DNA from: Myxococcota bacterium
GTDB taxonomy: Bacteria > Myxococcota_A > UBA796 > CAJQPC01
Reading direction: 5' to 3'
Length of the DNA stretch: 64,000 nt
NCBI GenBank assembly: GCA_036012755.1
Contig: DASCPX010000190.1
Location: 1 to 64,000 of the forward strand
The translations under genes were made by a program, and so were the position numbers. Every line of letters starts with the position of its first letter. The stretch's first letter is position 1. Shown here one piece after another: positions 19,062 through 29,038 of this stretch. Below the pieces are notes generated by a model that ran no database searches, was not told the DNA's origin, and worked only from the letters and a program-made list of their open reading frames with translations.

Positions 19062-20033
19062 ATGCTCGTAGCCCTCTTCGCCTGCAACTGCCAAGGACCT
19101 GGTCCAGAGTCGCAACACAGCGACAGCGACGGCGCTTCCCCCTGGGAGGCCCAGCTCGAGGATCTCGACGGTGTCCTGCTGTCGGTGTGGGGGACCTCCT
19201 CCTCCAACATCTGGGTGACCGGCGCCGACGGTGGCGACGGACCAGAGGTCCACCACTTCGACGGCACGGACTGGATCCGCGAGGAGACCGGGGACACGGG
19301 ACACCTGTGGTGGGTCTTCGGGACGGGGGACCAGATCTGGTTCGTCGGCGAGGCGGGCAGGGTCCTGCGACGCGACTCCAGCGGGACCTACACGTCCCTG
19401 GTGAGCCCGAGTCAGGCCACGCTCTACGGCGCCTGGGGGGCCTCAGAGGACCTGATCTACTCCGTCGGCGGCTTCGTCGACGGCGACGGCGGCCCGGTCC
19501 TGCTCGCCATCGAGGGCGACACTGTCTCGGAGGTCGAGGGGCTGCCCTCGGGCATAGGAGACGACGAGGTCTTCTTCAAGGTCTGGGGCAGCGCGGAGGA
19601 CGACGTCTGGGTCATCAGCCAGAGCGGAACCGTGCTCCACTTCGACGGCAGCGAGTGGAGCCGCACCCTGCTCCCCGACGAGCCACGACTCGTCACGGTC
19701 CACGGCTCGAGCGAGGACGACCTCGTCATCGTCGGAGGCAGCTCCCAGGGGGTGATCTTCGAGCGCAGGGACGGGGCCGCCTGGGCTGAGGTCGAGCCCA
19801 CCGGCACCCAGCCGCTGATGGGGGTCTTCCTCGAGGACTCCCAGCGCGGCGTGGCCTCCGGCATGCGCGGGCAGGTGGTCGAGCGGCTCGACGGGACCTG
19901 GTCCGCCGTCCAGGGTCCAAGGCTCATCGCCGACTGGCACGGGGCCTGGATCGACGACACCGGACGTCTCTGGCTGGCCGGCGGCAACTTCATGCACCTC
20001 TCGGAGGGGACGCTCTACGTCCGAGAGGACTGA
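19062..20033 (+). CDS. beta-propeller lipoprotein (VWG-S repeats)
   Basis: Repeated L..VWG.S..D(V/I)W..G....LHFDG..W. Confidence 0.8.
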   Translation: MLVALFACNCQGPGPESQHSDSDGASPWEAQLEDLDGVLLSVWGTSSSNIWVTGADGGDGPEVHHFDGTDWIREETGDTGHLWWVFGTGDQIWFVGEAGRVLRRDSSGTYTSLVSPSQATLYGAWGASEDLIYSVGGFVDGDGGPVLLAIEGDTVSEVEGLPSGIGDDEVFFKVWGSAEDDVWVISQSGTVLHFDGSEWSRTLLPDEPRLVTVHGSSEDDLVIVGGSSQGVIFERRDGAAWAEVEPTGTQPLMGVFLEDSQRGVASGMRGQVVERLDGTWSAVQGPRLIADWHGAWIDDTGRLWLAGGNFMHLSEGTLYVRED

Positions 20034-20036
20034 GCC

Positions 20037-20921
20037 TTGAGCCGCCGAGACCTCGGCCTCGTCCTGGTCTTCGTGGCAGCGGCCGGCCTCTTGCTGCTGT
20101 GGATGGACAAGGACCCTCCACCACCGGAACCGACGGGCGTGCTGCTGCGCGACCAGGTCTTCTTCGCCAGTGACGACGGGTCGCTGGTCCTGACCCTGGT
20201 CGTCCAGCGTGAGAAACGAGATGCCAAGGCCCTGATCGAGGTCAAGACCTTCGCGGTCCTCGACCGCAGCTGGCAGTCTCCCCTCTACGAGACCGTCCAG
20301 CTGGAGCGCTGGCCCGGGTCCGGGGCTGGCGCCGCTCTGGAGGCATGGGCAGAGGAGCGCCCGGGTCCACCGCTGAGGCTGAGCTGGGAGGAGGGGGTCG
20401 GCCTGCGTGCCGAGCTCCGAAGCGCTGCCGGACTGCTCCGACTCGATCTCCCGGAGCTGGAGGCGGCGGGTGAAGGCGAGGACCCCCACGGGCCGCTTCG
20501 CTGGCGAGCAGGACGAGGCAGCGCGACACTGGACGATCGCTCCTTCGAGGGCGTCGCGATCCACGAGCTCCTCGATGGCCAGACGGCGATCCCGAGCTTC
20601 GGCCGCTTCGAGCTGTGGGTCCTCCGTCCACCAGGGGGCGGCCTGGTGCTCGGCAGAGCCTCCCTGCCGGAGCCCGGACGCGCCCTCGTCGTCGACCCCA
20701 GCGGCGACTCCAGCATGGCCGACTTCCAGGTCGAGCCTGGCGACACCGACCCCCTGAGCTGGTCCCTCCGCGTGGGCGAGGAGCTCGCCAGCCTCGCCTG
20801 GCTGGAGGGCAGCGAGAGCGAGGGGCTCGGACCAGATGGTCAGCCGGCCCGCTACGCCATCGGCCACGTCGAGGGCGATGGTCGCGGCCTTGTCTTCCAC
20901 CTCGAGGACGGCGCGCGCTGA
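20037..20921 (+). CDS. hypothetical membrane-anchored protein
   Basis: N-terminal TM, follows upstream gene at 3 bp. Confidence 0.6.
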   Translation: MSRRDLGLVLVFVAAAGLLLLWMDKDPPPPEPTGVLLRDQVFFASDDGSLVLTLVVQREKRDAKALIEVKTFAVLDRSWQSPLYETVQLERWPGSGAGAALEAWAEERPGPPLRLSWEEGVGLRAELRSAAGLLRLDLPELEAAGEGEDPHGPLRWRAGRGSATLDDRSFEGVAIHELLDGQTAIPSFGRFELWVLRPPGGGLVLGRASLPEPGRALVVDPSGDSSMADFQVEPGDTDPLSWSLRVGEELASLAWLEGSESEGLGPDGQPARYAIGHVEGDGRGLVFHLEDGAR

Positions 20922-20925
20922 TCAC

Positions 20926-22518
20926 TCAGAGGCTCCAATCCACCCCGCAGCCCGCGCAGAACTCCAGCGGCTCGCCGCTCAGGATCCCGGCCCGGAGCGC
21001 CTGGTAGGGCTCGGCGTTCCAGATCTCCGACCACCCCTGCCGCTCGAGGTCTCCACGCTCCAGCTCGGAGTAGGGGGCCGTGAAGCTGGAGATGCAGCAG
21101 GGCAGCACCTTCCGGCTGGCCGTGACGACCGCGCTCCTCCACGGGCGATAGCAGCCGAGCTGTGGTCGATCCCCAGCTTCGGGAGTGAGGCTCTCCTCGA
21201 GGGGGCGCCGACCAGAGGCGCGCAAGGCAATGCCGAGCTCCTCGGCCAGGGCACGGGCACGGGTGAAGACCGGCTCGATCTCTCCAGCGCGACCGTGGAG
21301 CGAGTTCTCCTCGACCGCGACGCCGTGGCCGTTCAACACGAGGCGCTGGAGGTAGACCTCTGAGACGCCCATCAAAGCGGCGAGCTCGACCAGCTCTGGC
21401 AGCTCGTCGATGTTCCAGCGGTTCGCGACCATCCACAAGCTGACCGCCAGGCGGTGCCCCTCTGGCCGCTCGCGCATCAGGGCAGAGACCCCCTCGACCA
21501 CGCGCTCGAGGATGTCCGCGCCAGCCATGCGAGCGACGGTCGAGGCTCGGGCTCCGTCCAGCGAGACCCGCAGCTCGTCCAGGCCGCAGCTCAACAAGCG
21601 CGCCCTCCGCTCGGCGGTCAGCAGCGTGCCGTTTGTGTTGAGCACGGTCGTGATGCCCCGAGAGGAGGCCTCTGAGAGGACGTCGAAGAGCCCTGGTGCG
21701 AGCATCGACTCACCGTTGAGCTGCAAGGACAGGCGCTGGAGATCCGGGAGGGGATCGATGATGGCCAACACCCCAGCCAGGTCGAGGTCCGCGTCTGGGG
21801 CCAACTCCTCGTGGCTCCGAAGGCAGGCCGAGCAGGCCAGGTTGCAGCGGCTGGTGAGCTCGATCTGCAGCTCGGTGGGGAGCCGCGGGGCGATGACGCC
21901 GCGCCCGAGGTCCCGGACCACCTCTCGGGTGTGCCTCGCGACCCCATCGGAGAGCCCCTCCAGGGCGAGCAGGTCCTGGGCCTCGTCGATGTCGACCAGG
22001 GAGCTCATCAGCGCTGTCGTCAACTCCAGCTCACGCGCCAGCGCGCAGGTGGCCGCGACCACGGTGCTCCGACCCATCTCGATCGGGGTGAAGACGTCGT
22101 GGGGGGCCTTCAGGCCGACGAGGTAGTAGCCACCGTCAGGACCCGGCCCGAGGACGAGGTCGTTGTCATCGAGCGCTGCCAGCGCTTCCGCGACGCGGTC
22201 CTGTGTGAGCTGGGGGACGTCGCCGCTGACGATCACGACGCGCTCGTGCTCTCGAAGCAGGATCTGGAAGGCCGCCAGGAGCTCCTCGGCGAGCCCGGAT
22301 GCTCCCGGGACGAGGCCCTGGACTCCCGCGTACTCCATCGAGCCAGCGTCGTGGACCAGGTGGAGCCGCCAGCGCCCGGGGGCACGGAGCTGCTCCAGCT
22401 CGTCGCGAAGGAAGGCCCGGTGGAGCGCCAGGGCAGCCTCCTGGCCCAGCACGCGAGCGAGGCGGGTCTTGCTGTGACCGAGGCGCGGCAGCTTGCTGAT
22501 GACGGCAACAGCGATCAA
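20926..22518 (-). CDS. DUF2064 (TIGR04282/CofC-like) - radical SAM/SPASM fusion protein
   Basis: SKTRL, SGDVP, LVLGPGPDGGYYLVG, DID; then CNLACSAC and CYRPW..VLPCC..CAGC. Confidence 0.88.
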   Translation of the reverse strand: MIAVAVISKLPRLGHSKTRLARVLGQEAALALHRAFLRDELEQLRAPGRWRLHLVHDAGSMEYAGVQGLVPGASGLAEELLAAFQILLREHERVVIVSGDVPQLTQDRVAEALAALDDNDLVLGPGPDGGYYLVGLKAPHDVFTPIEMGRSTVVAATCALARELELTTALMSSLVDIDEAQDLLALEGLSDGVARHTREVVRDLGRGVIAPRLPTELQIELTSRCNLACSACLRSHEELAPDADLDLAGVLAIIDPLPDLQRLSLQLNGESMLAPGLFDVLSEASSRGITTVLNTNGTLLTAERRARLLSCGLDELRVSLDGARASTVARMAGADILERVVEGVSALMRERPEGHRLAVSLWMVANRWNIDELPELVELAALMGVSEVYLQRLVLNGHGVAVEENSLHGRAGEIEPVFTRARALAEELGIALRASGRRPLEESLTPEAGDRPQLGCYRPWRSAVVTASRKVLPCCISSFTAPYSELERGDLERQGWSEIWNAEPYQALRAGILSGEPLEFCAGCGVDWSL

Positions 22519-23189
22519 GACAACACGACTCGAAGGATGGCGGCCCCCGCTCGGAGGGAGCCCCGCAGCGAGCTGGAGACCTTGGAGCTGCCCCCACGTC
22601 TCCGGCGGTAGCGGATCGGCAGCTCCTCGACGCGCAGGCCCTCTCGCAAAGCGGCGACCTGCATCTCGACCGGCCAGCCGTGCAGTCGCTCTCGCATCCG
22701 GAGGCGCTCGAGGGCCTCCAGGCGGATGGCCCTGAGCGAGCCCAGGTCGCTGTACCGGTGGCCGAAGCGCAGGGTGATCAGCGACGTCGCCAGCCAGTTC
22801 CCGGCGCGCTGCCGGCGGCGCAACGCTCCCTCCTCGCGCACCCCGAGGACCCGCGAGCCGAGGACCAGCTCCGCGCGCCCCTCGCGCAAGGGAGCCAGCA
22901 AGCCAGGCAGATCCGCGGGGTCCTCTGCGCCGGCCCCGTCGATGAAGGCGACCGCTTCGGCCCCGAGCCGCCTCGCCTCCTCCACCCCCGCCATGCAGGC
23001 CGCCCCGTAGCCCCTGGCCTCCTCCACCACGACCCGCCCGCCGGCTTCCTCGGCCCGCTCCGCCGTGCGGTCACGGGAGCCCCCGTCCACGACGACGACC
23101 TCGTCGAGGCCCTGCGCCCGGATCGCCCGGACGACCTCGCCGATGGTGGCCTCCTCCTCCAGGGCCGGGATGACGACGACGACCTTCAC
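22515..23189 (-). CDS. glycosyltransferase family 2 (DPM1-like)
   Basis: VVIPALEEE, VVVDGGSRD, RGYGAAC, VLGSR; GTGA-coupled. Confidence 0.92.
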   Translation of the reverse strand: MKVVVVIPALEEEATIGEVVRAIRAQGLDEVVVVDGGSRDRTAERAEEAGGRVVVEEARGYGAACMAGVEEARRLGAEAVAFIDGAGAEDPADLPGLLAPLREGRAELVLGSRVLGVREEGALRRRQRAGNWLATSLITLRFGHRYSDLGSLRAIRLEALERLRMRERLHGWPVEMQVAALREGLRVEELPIRYRRRRGGSSKVSSSLRGSLRAGAAILRVVLS

Positions 23190-24640
23190 GCGGCCAGCTC
23201 CTCGCGGCTCCGGCAGATCACCCAGCAGAGGCCCACGGCGTCGAGCAGCAGGAAGGGCGCGATCTCGTAGACGCCGGCGTAGACCAGCGCTCCGAAGGCC
23301 AGCAGGCAATACGCGAACAGCATCAGCTCGAGGTGCTGGACGCGGCCATCGCCAGAGAGCCGGTAGCGCCGCCTGGGGCGGTCTTCCGAGCCCACGACTC
23401 CCAGCTTCGGGGTGCGGACGAAGTCTCCCCGCGGACCCACCCACGCGGCGAGGACCGCGATCGAGTTGCTCACGGCGATGCCCACACCCAGGAGCGTCAT
23501 CATGCCGAGCTCACGCGGCCTGAGCAGGCGGCGATGCAGGACCCACTGGGAGTAGACGTGCAGCAGCACCGGTCCGGTCATCGCCAGGGCGAAGGGCACG
23601 GCGAGGGTCCACGGGCTGCGGGCCCCAGAGGCCATGCCGGGCAACAGCAGGCATGGAATCGAGAGCAGCGCGCTCAGCACGATGAGGGGGTGGATCGCGT
23701 AGTGGGTGAGGTGAAGCGTCGCCTGGATCCGAGCGACGAGGGACTTGTCCCCGGATCGCCAGATCGCCGGGAGCAGCTTCCGCGCGGTCTGCATGCTGCC
23801 GGTGGCCCAGCGCCGCTGCTGGACCTTGAAGGCGCCCAGCTGAGTGGGCAGCTCGGCGGGACAGACGATGTCGGGGTCGTAGGCGATGCGCCAGCCCTGG
23901 AGCTGGACCCGGTAGGAGAGATCGAGGTCCTCTGTCAGGGTGTCGCCGGACCAGCCGCCCGCGTCGAGAATGGCCTCCTTGCGCCAGATCCCCGCGCTGC
24001 CGTTGAAGTTGAGGAACCAGCCGGCGCCCATCCGAGCCCCCTGCTCGACGCCGAAGTGCCCGTCGATGCCCAGGGCCTGGGCCTCTGTCAGGCGAGACCA
24101 GCCCCTGTTGAGGTGGGTCCAGCGACCCTGGATGGCGGCGATCTCGGGGTCCGAGAAGTAGCCCATCGCCTGCTCCAGGAACTCGGGTGGCGGCACGAAG
24201 TCCGCGTCGAAGAGCGCCAGGAAGTCCCCACGGCAACTGGCGAGGCTCTCCTGCAGCGCCCCGGCCTTGAAGTCCACGCGGCGCTCACGGCGCAGGTGCG
24301 CGACCTGGAGGCCCCGCTGGCGCAACCGCGCGAGGACCTCGACGGCGATGGCGGTGGTGCCGTCGGTGGAGTCGTCGAGGAGCTGGATCTCGAGCCGGTC
24401 CCTCGGCCAGCGCAAGGCCCCGGCGGCCTCGAGCAGACGCTCGATGACGTTCTCCTCATCGTAGACGGGGAGCTGGACCGTCACGAAGGGGAGCTCCTCG
24501 GGCAGGGGGGGCGCAGGGGCTCGGCGGCGCCGGTGGACAGCGTCCGCGAGGACCAGCAGCAGCGTGTTGGTCCCATAGACCAGCATCAACGCGAGCAGGA
24601 AGGCGTAGAGCACCAGCGCGGCGGTGATCAGCGTCTCCAC
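23186..24640 (-). CDS. processive membrane glycosyltransferase family 2 (cellulose synthase-like)
   Basis: VTVQLPVYDE, LDDSTD, FKAG, FDADF, TEDLD, QQRRW. Confidence 0.93.
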   Translation of the reverse strand: METLITAALVLYAFLLALMLVYGTNTLLLVLADAVHRRRRAPAPPLPEELPFVTVQLPVYDEENVIERLLEAAGALRWPRDRLEIQLLDDSTDGTTAIAVEVLARLRQRGLQVAHLRRERRVDFKAGALQESLASCRGDFLALFDADFVPPPEFLEQAMGYFSDPEIAAIQGRWTHLNRGWSRLTEAQALGIDGHFGVEQGARMGAGWFLNFNGSAGIWRKEAILDAGGWSGDTLTEDLDLSYRVQLQGWRIAYDPDIVCPAELPTQLGAFKVQQRRWATGSMQTARKLLPAIWRSGDKSLVARIQATLHLTHYAIHPLIVLSALLSIPCLLLPGMASGARSPWTLAVPFALAMTGPVLLHVYSQWVLHRRLLRPRELGMMTLLGVGIAVSNSIAVLAAWVGPRGDFVRTPKLGVVGSEDRPRRRYRLSGDGRVQHLELMLFAYCLLAFGALVYAGVYEIAPFLLLDAVGLCWVICRSREELAA

Positions 24641-25890
24641 GGGCGCTCCTCTGCGAGGAAGAAGAGCCCCGCCGGGATGAACTCGATGAGCGGGACCCAG
24701 GTTGGCATCACCCCGTCGGGGCTCGCGTACTTCAGGTAGCTGAGAGGTAGCGTGGCGCTCAACCAGAGGGCACTCGCGCGGGGGCGGAAACAGATCCAGG
24801 GCAGCCACCACAGGGCGTACCAGGGGTGGAAGGCGGTGGGCAGCGTGAGGAGGTAGACACCGACGAGGGCGCCCAGCTGGTGGACCACCGGGCCGCCCCG
24901 CCGGCGGATCCACACGGTCGCGAAACCGAGCACTGCGAGACAGAGCAGGAAAGCGGGGGTGCGGGGCCGCTCGAACACGGGGCTCAGGGCCGACTCCAAC
25001 AGGCGCCGCAGGCCGACGTTGTGGTCCTCTGCCGTGCGCACGTAGTCCGGCAAGAAGCCCAGGACGTCGAGCCCGGCCTCGTAGCCATAGAGCCCGTAGA
25101 GCCCCACCACGACGAGGGCACAACAACCCAGCACCCGCCAGGGCTTGCCCCGCGCGAGCGCCGCGAGCGCCAGCGCCGGGTAGAGCTTCATCGCCACCGC
25201 CTGGCCGAGCAGCAAGCCGACGAGGCGATGTCGGCTCGCGTGGAGCGCCAGCACCGCCCCGACCAGAAGCGGCAGCATCGCCGCCTCCATGTGACCGCCG
25301 TTGCCTACCTCGAGGACCACCAGGGGTGACCAGGCGTAGAGCACGACCTTGGCCGGTTCCTTGCCCAACCGCCGCAGCAAGAGCGCGATCAGCCCCATGG
25401 TCAGCAAGTCGAACAGCACCATCACCAGCCGGAGCAGGTCGATGTCGTAGGGGATGAACCTGTAGAGGAGCTGCGCTCCCGGCGGGTAGATCGTCCGAGC
25501 CGAGGGGCGATTGATGCGCGGGTGGATGAGCTCGTCGCGGAGCGACTCCAGCGCCGGATCCTGTGGCGGGAAGGCGTAGGGGCTGTGTCCGGCTCGCTGG
25601 ACGAGGCCATCCCAGGCGTAGCGGTGGCAGTCGCTCGAGAGCAGAGGCGGCTCCCCGACGGAGACGACGCGGAAGACCACGGCCAGCGCCAGGACCGGAA
25701 CGAGCATGCCCCGCGGGCGGCGCCAGACGAGCAGGGCCGACAGCAGGTAGAGGGCGAACAGCGGCAGGCTCAGGAGCGGGAGCACCTGCGTCGCCGGTCC
25801 GGCCAGAGCGTCGGGGCCCAGGACGTAGAGCCACAGCGACAGCCCGCCCAACAGGGCCAGGGCAAGCAGCGAGACCACGACTCTTGCCAT
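24628..25890 (-). CDS. GT-C membrane glycosyltransferase (GT87/DUF2029-like)
   Basis: LSSD.HRY.WDG, TIYPP, YAWSP..GNGGH.E, FHPWY. Confidence 0.85.
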   Translation of the reverse strand: MARVVVSLLALALLGGLSLWLYVLGPDALAGPATQVLPLLSLPLFALYLLSALLVWRRPRGMLVPVLALAVVFRVVSVGEPPLLSSDCHRYAWDGLVQRAGHSPYAFPPQDPALESLRDELIHPRINRPSARTIYPPGAQLLYRFIPYDIDLLRLVMVLFDLLTMGLIALLLRRLGKEPAKVVLYAWSPLVVLEVGNGGHMEAAMLPLLVGAVLALHASRHRLVGLLLGQAVAMKLYPALALAALARGKPWRVLGCCALVVVGLYGLYGYEAGLDVLGFLPDYVRTAEDHNVGLRRLLESALSPVFERPRTPAFLLCLAVLGFATVWIRRRGGPVVHQLGALVGVYLLTLPTAFHPWYALWWLPWICFRPRASALWLSATLPLSYLKYASPDGVMPTWVPLIEFIPAGLFFLAEERPWRR

Positions 25891-25905
25891 CCGTTTCGTC
25901 CCGGA

Positions 25906-26724
25906 TCAGTAGTGCTCGATCGGCTCCAGGGAGACGCCGACGACGATGTCGGACTCGACCTCTACCTCTGTCCGCGACAGCAGCTGGAGCCGGCCACCGG
26001 ACTCCAGGCGGCCGAAGGTGTCCACCGTGACGATCCCCGCGGGCAGGTTCGGCACCACGAAGCGGCCCGAGCTGCCCGTGTAGGTGCGGCTGTCCACGGG
26101 CTCCCAGCCTTCGGTGTAGTAGACGCCGTCGGTGGAGCCGTCGATCCTCACGATGGCGTTGGAGACACCGAATGAGTCGCAGTCGTGCACGGAGCCGACC
26201 AACAGCCCGGTCCCAGGCTCGACGGTCAGGGACAGGGCGCTGGCCCAGGTCTCCTGCTCCTCGGGCGTGACGAGCCAGGCCCACCCGTTCACGGAGGCCG
26301 CGGTGACCCGGCGGCTCACCCACAGGGTGGTGTCCAGGTAGCCGTCGTAGGAGACGCGGGCGTGGCCCCGGAAGCCATCGCTGGTCACGGGCACGGTGAC
26401 CGCGACCCGGCCGGACTTTCCGGCGTCGGCAAACCCCGTTCCGATCTCGGTCCCGCCAGCGTCGAAGACCTGGACCTCGGCGGCCGGGGGCAGGTCAGAG
26501 GCCGTGGGATCGGCGAGGGTCCGCACGTAGCCGGTGAGCTCGACGCTGGATCCTGACGGGTCGTCCTGACGGTTGCTGCCGACACAGCTCAGGCGACCCT
26601 CCGCCGCGCCCGTCGGAGCCCCAGCGGGCTCGTCGTCGAGGTACTCCGGATCGGCGGGCTGGGAATCCCGGCTGTCGTCGGGGTTGGGGTTGCAGAGACC
26701 CCCAAGGAGCAGGATCAGGTTCAT
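25906..26724 (-). CDS. lipoprotein with carboxypeptidase-regulatory-like domains
   Basis: ATGA-coupled; MNLILLLGGLC; GSVHDCD..GRFVVPNLPAG. Confidence 0.65.
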   Translation of the reverse strand: MNLILLLGGLCNPNPDDSRDSQPADPEYLDDEPAGAPTGAAEGRLSCVGSNRQDDPSGSSVELTGYVRTLADPTASDLPPAAEVQVFDAGGTEIGTGFADAGKSGRVAVTVPVTSDGFRGHARVSYDGYLDTTLWVSRRVTAASVNGWAWLVTPEEQETWASALSLTVEPGTGLLVGSVHDCDSFGVSNAIVRIDGSTDGVYYTEGWEPVDSRTYTGSSGRFVVPNLPAGIVTVDTFGRLESGGRLQLLSRTEVEVESDIVVGVSLEPIEHY

Positions 26725-28973
26725 TCGGTCTCCTCTGCGCGCTGCGGCACCACCGGGCTGCCGAGGACGAGGTTGATGGCCTCGGCGTCCAGGGGTCCGG
26801 GAGTCTGGGATTCGTCGATGTGGGTCGTGCTCACCACGGGCCAGGCCTCGTAGACGAGGGTGGGCAGGTCGCCAAGGGTCGGATCATCCTCTTCGCCGTC
26901 GCCGTCCGTGTCCACCGCGACCAGGCGGTCGAGCTGGTGGATGTTGCCCTCACCGTCTTCGAAAGTGTAACGGCCAGAACCAAGCCCCGTGGCCGTCAGG
27001 ACGACCGAGTCCTCGTGGGTGTCGTCGACCGCCGGGTGACAGCCGTCGCAGTCCCGGGGCTCCTGGCGAATGGTGTGGTGGTGGACCGGGTTGTGCACGT
27101 TGCCCTCGCCCGTGACCCCGTCGCCGTCGGTCACAGGCGCAGCGTCGATGACCCGGTCACCAGCGTCGTCGATGTGGGTGAAGAAGATCGCCGTCCCGAC
27201 CATCGGCGAGATCTTGCCTCGCCCGTTGATGCCCATGGACAGCGAGTCCGCGACGACGCTCATGCCGTAGGTCGAGGCCTTGCCCTGCCGCGTCTCGCCG
27301 GAGAGCGGGCTGACGTAGCTCTCCCGGTCATCGCGCACCATGTGGCATCCATAGCAGTTCACCGTCCAGGCGTTGTGGCAGGTGAAGCACTCGACGCGGC
27401 CGGCGCTCTCCTCTTCCGGGATCGTGAAGGTGAAGCCTGGAGGGAGACCCGGGAAGGCCTCGGCCTCTGGATCGCTGGCGGCGAGGGCGTTGGCCTCTGC
27501 CTTCAGCTCGGCCCGGCGCTCGGCGGAGCCAGCGTGAAGCTCGCAGCCTGCTCGGGTCCGGGGGTTGTAGTCGTCGTCCTCGGCGTCGGTACGCTCGGTG
27601 ATCTGCGTGACCGGGTGGAGCGCGCCGGTGAAGCGGCCCAGCTGGAGCACCGAGCCGTCGTCCCTGGTCTCGAAGACCTGGGTGTTGGTCCCAAAGTCAC
27701 CAGGCGTCGTCTCGGAGATCGTGAAGGCCAGCTCGCTCTCCGAGCGCAGGGGTCCCTCGTCTCCCGGGCGGCCATGGCAGCTCTGGCAGCGGACGTCGAG
27801 CTCCAGGTCCATCCGGCCCGGCATGGCGTCGCTGCCGTGGGACTCGCGGATGTTGTGGCAGTCGATGCAGCCGAGCCCAGCCGCCGTGTGCACGTCCGGA
27901 GGGGTCTCGTCGACCTCGTTGGTGTCGTCCTCGTCCTCGATGAAGTAGGGGTAGGGCTTGCCGTAGATCTCGGACAGCCCCTGGAAGGGCACGTAGTTGT
28001 CCTCTGACCAGGGCAGCATGTGCTCCGGGTCCTCGACCCCACGGTTGGGCCCGCCAAGGGCCTCGTCCCCATCTGGCTCGGAGCGCTCCCGCACGCCCTG
28101 GGCGAGCAGCGAGCGCCCCAGGTGCGAGATGTGACAGCGGGCGCACTGGCTGTCGGGGACGCGGTTGGTGAAGCGGTGGGTCTGGACGTGGCCGAGCTCC
28201 TCCAGATCCTGGGTCTCGTCGGCGGTCTCGGCGCGAGAGGAGTCGCTGGTCGGGAGGTGGCAGGCGTTGCAGCCGGAGGAGTAGTAGAGCCCCGGCTGGC
28301 GGTGACCGTCCTGGCCGAGATGACAGCTCAAGCAGAGCTGCTCGACCACAGGATGGAAGGCGGCTGCCAGCGGATCCGCGTCATCTGCGGGGCTCTCCGG
28401 CCAGAGCTCGACCTCGCTGATGTAGCCCTCCGGCAGCTCCGCTGGCACGTAGTCGTCCTGGCGCTGGACCGAGCCGTAGTGGGCGTCCTTGTCCTGGAGG
28501 CCCACCAGGAAGGCCCCGCCTGCGAGCTGTCCGGCGAGGGTCGCGCGGGTCATCAACAGGCTGCTCTCGACGATCGGACCGTGGCAGCTCGCTCCGCCCA
28601 GCGGGCCCTCGCCACAGCTGGTCGCGGCGACCCGGTAGTCAGAGGGGTTCAAGAACTGGATGACATCGAGCGGCAGCTCGTCCAGCTCCTGGAGCGATGG
28701 TCGATCGAGGTAGGTCTCGCCCGGGGTGGAGGGGTTGAAGGAGATGTCCACCGTGACGTGGGCCTCCTCCTTGTCCAGGCTCGTGGCGTCACCCAGGTGG
28801 CAATCGACGCAGGTCAGGGCAGGCCCGCCGTAGTGGATCTGCTCGACGGCATCGTGGCACTCGGAGGTGACGCAGCCCCCGTTGAACTCGCTGACGTGTG
28901 CCCCTTCGGGTTCCCAACAGCCGAGACCGAGCATCACGACGAACAACGGAGACAATCGCCAAGACGTCATCAT
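26721..28973 (-). CDS. multiheme cytochrome c lipoprotein (resembles Geobacter Ext-type multihemes)
   Basis: LGLGC lipobox; 9 CxxCH plus CX4CH and CX9CH; PDVH...CIDCH and CFTCHNAW..CYGCH pattern. Confidence 0.85.
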   Translation of the reverse strand: MMTSWRLSPLFVVMLGLGCWEPEGAHVSEFNGGCVTSECHDAVEQIHYGGPALTCVDCHLGDATSLDKEEAHVTVDISFNPSTPGETYLDRPSLQELDELPLDVIQFLNPSDYRVAATSCGEGPLGGASCHGPIVESSLLMTRATLAGQLAGGAFLVGLQDKDAHYGSVQRQDDYVPAELPEGYISEVELWPESPADDADPLAAAFHPVVEQLCLSCHLGQDGHRQPGLYYSSGCNACHLPTSDSSRAETADETQDLEELGHVQTHRFTNRVPDSQCARCHISHLGRSLLAQGVRERSEPDGDEALGGPNRGVEDPEHMLPWSEDNYVPFQGLSEIYGKPYPYFIEDEDDTNEVDETPPDVHTAAGLGCIDCHNIRESHGSDAMPGRMDLELDVRCQSCHGRPGDEGPLRSESELAFTISETTPGDFGTNTQVFETRDDGSVLQLGRFTGALHPVTQITERTDAEDDDYNPRTRAGCELHAGSAERRAELKAEANALAASDPEAEAFPGLPPGFTFTIPEEESAGRVECFTCHNAWTVNCYGCHMVRDDRESYVSPLSGETRQGKASTYGMSVVADSLSMGINGRGKISPMVGTAIFFTHIDDAGDRVIDAAPVTDGDGVTGEGNVHNPVHHHTIRQEPRDCDGCHPAVDDTHEDSVVLTATGLGSGRYTFEDGEGNIHQLDRLVAVDTDGDGEEDDPTLGDLPTLVYEAWPVVSTTHIDESQTPGPLDAEAINLVLGSPVVPQRAEETE

Positions 28974-29038
28974 CTGGAGCTCACACGGCCTGCCTGTCGA
29001 CAAATCCAGGGTAACCCCGGTGACGTTAGAGTGGGCCG

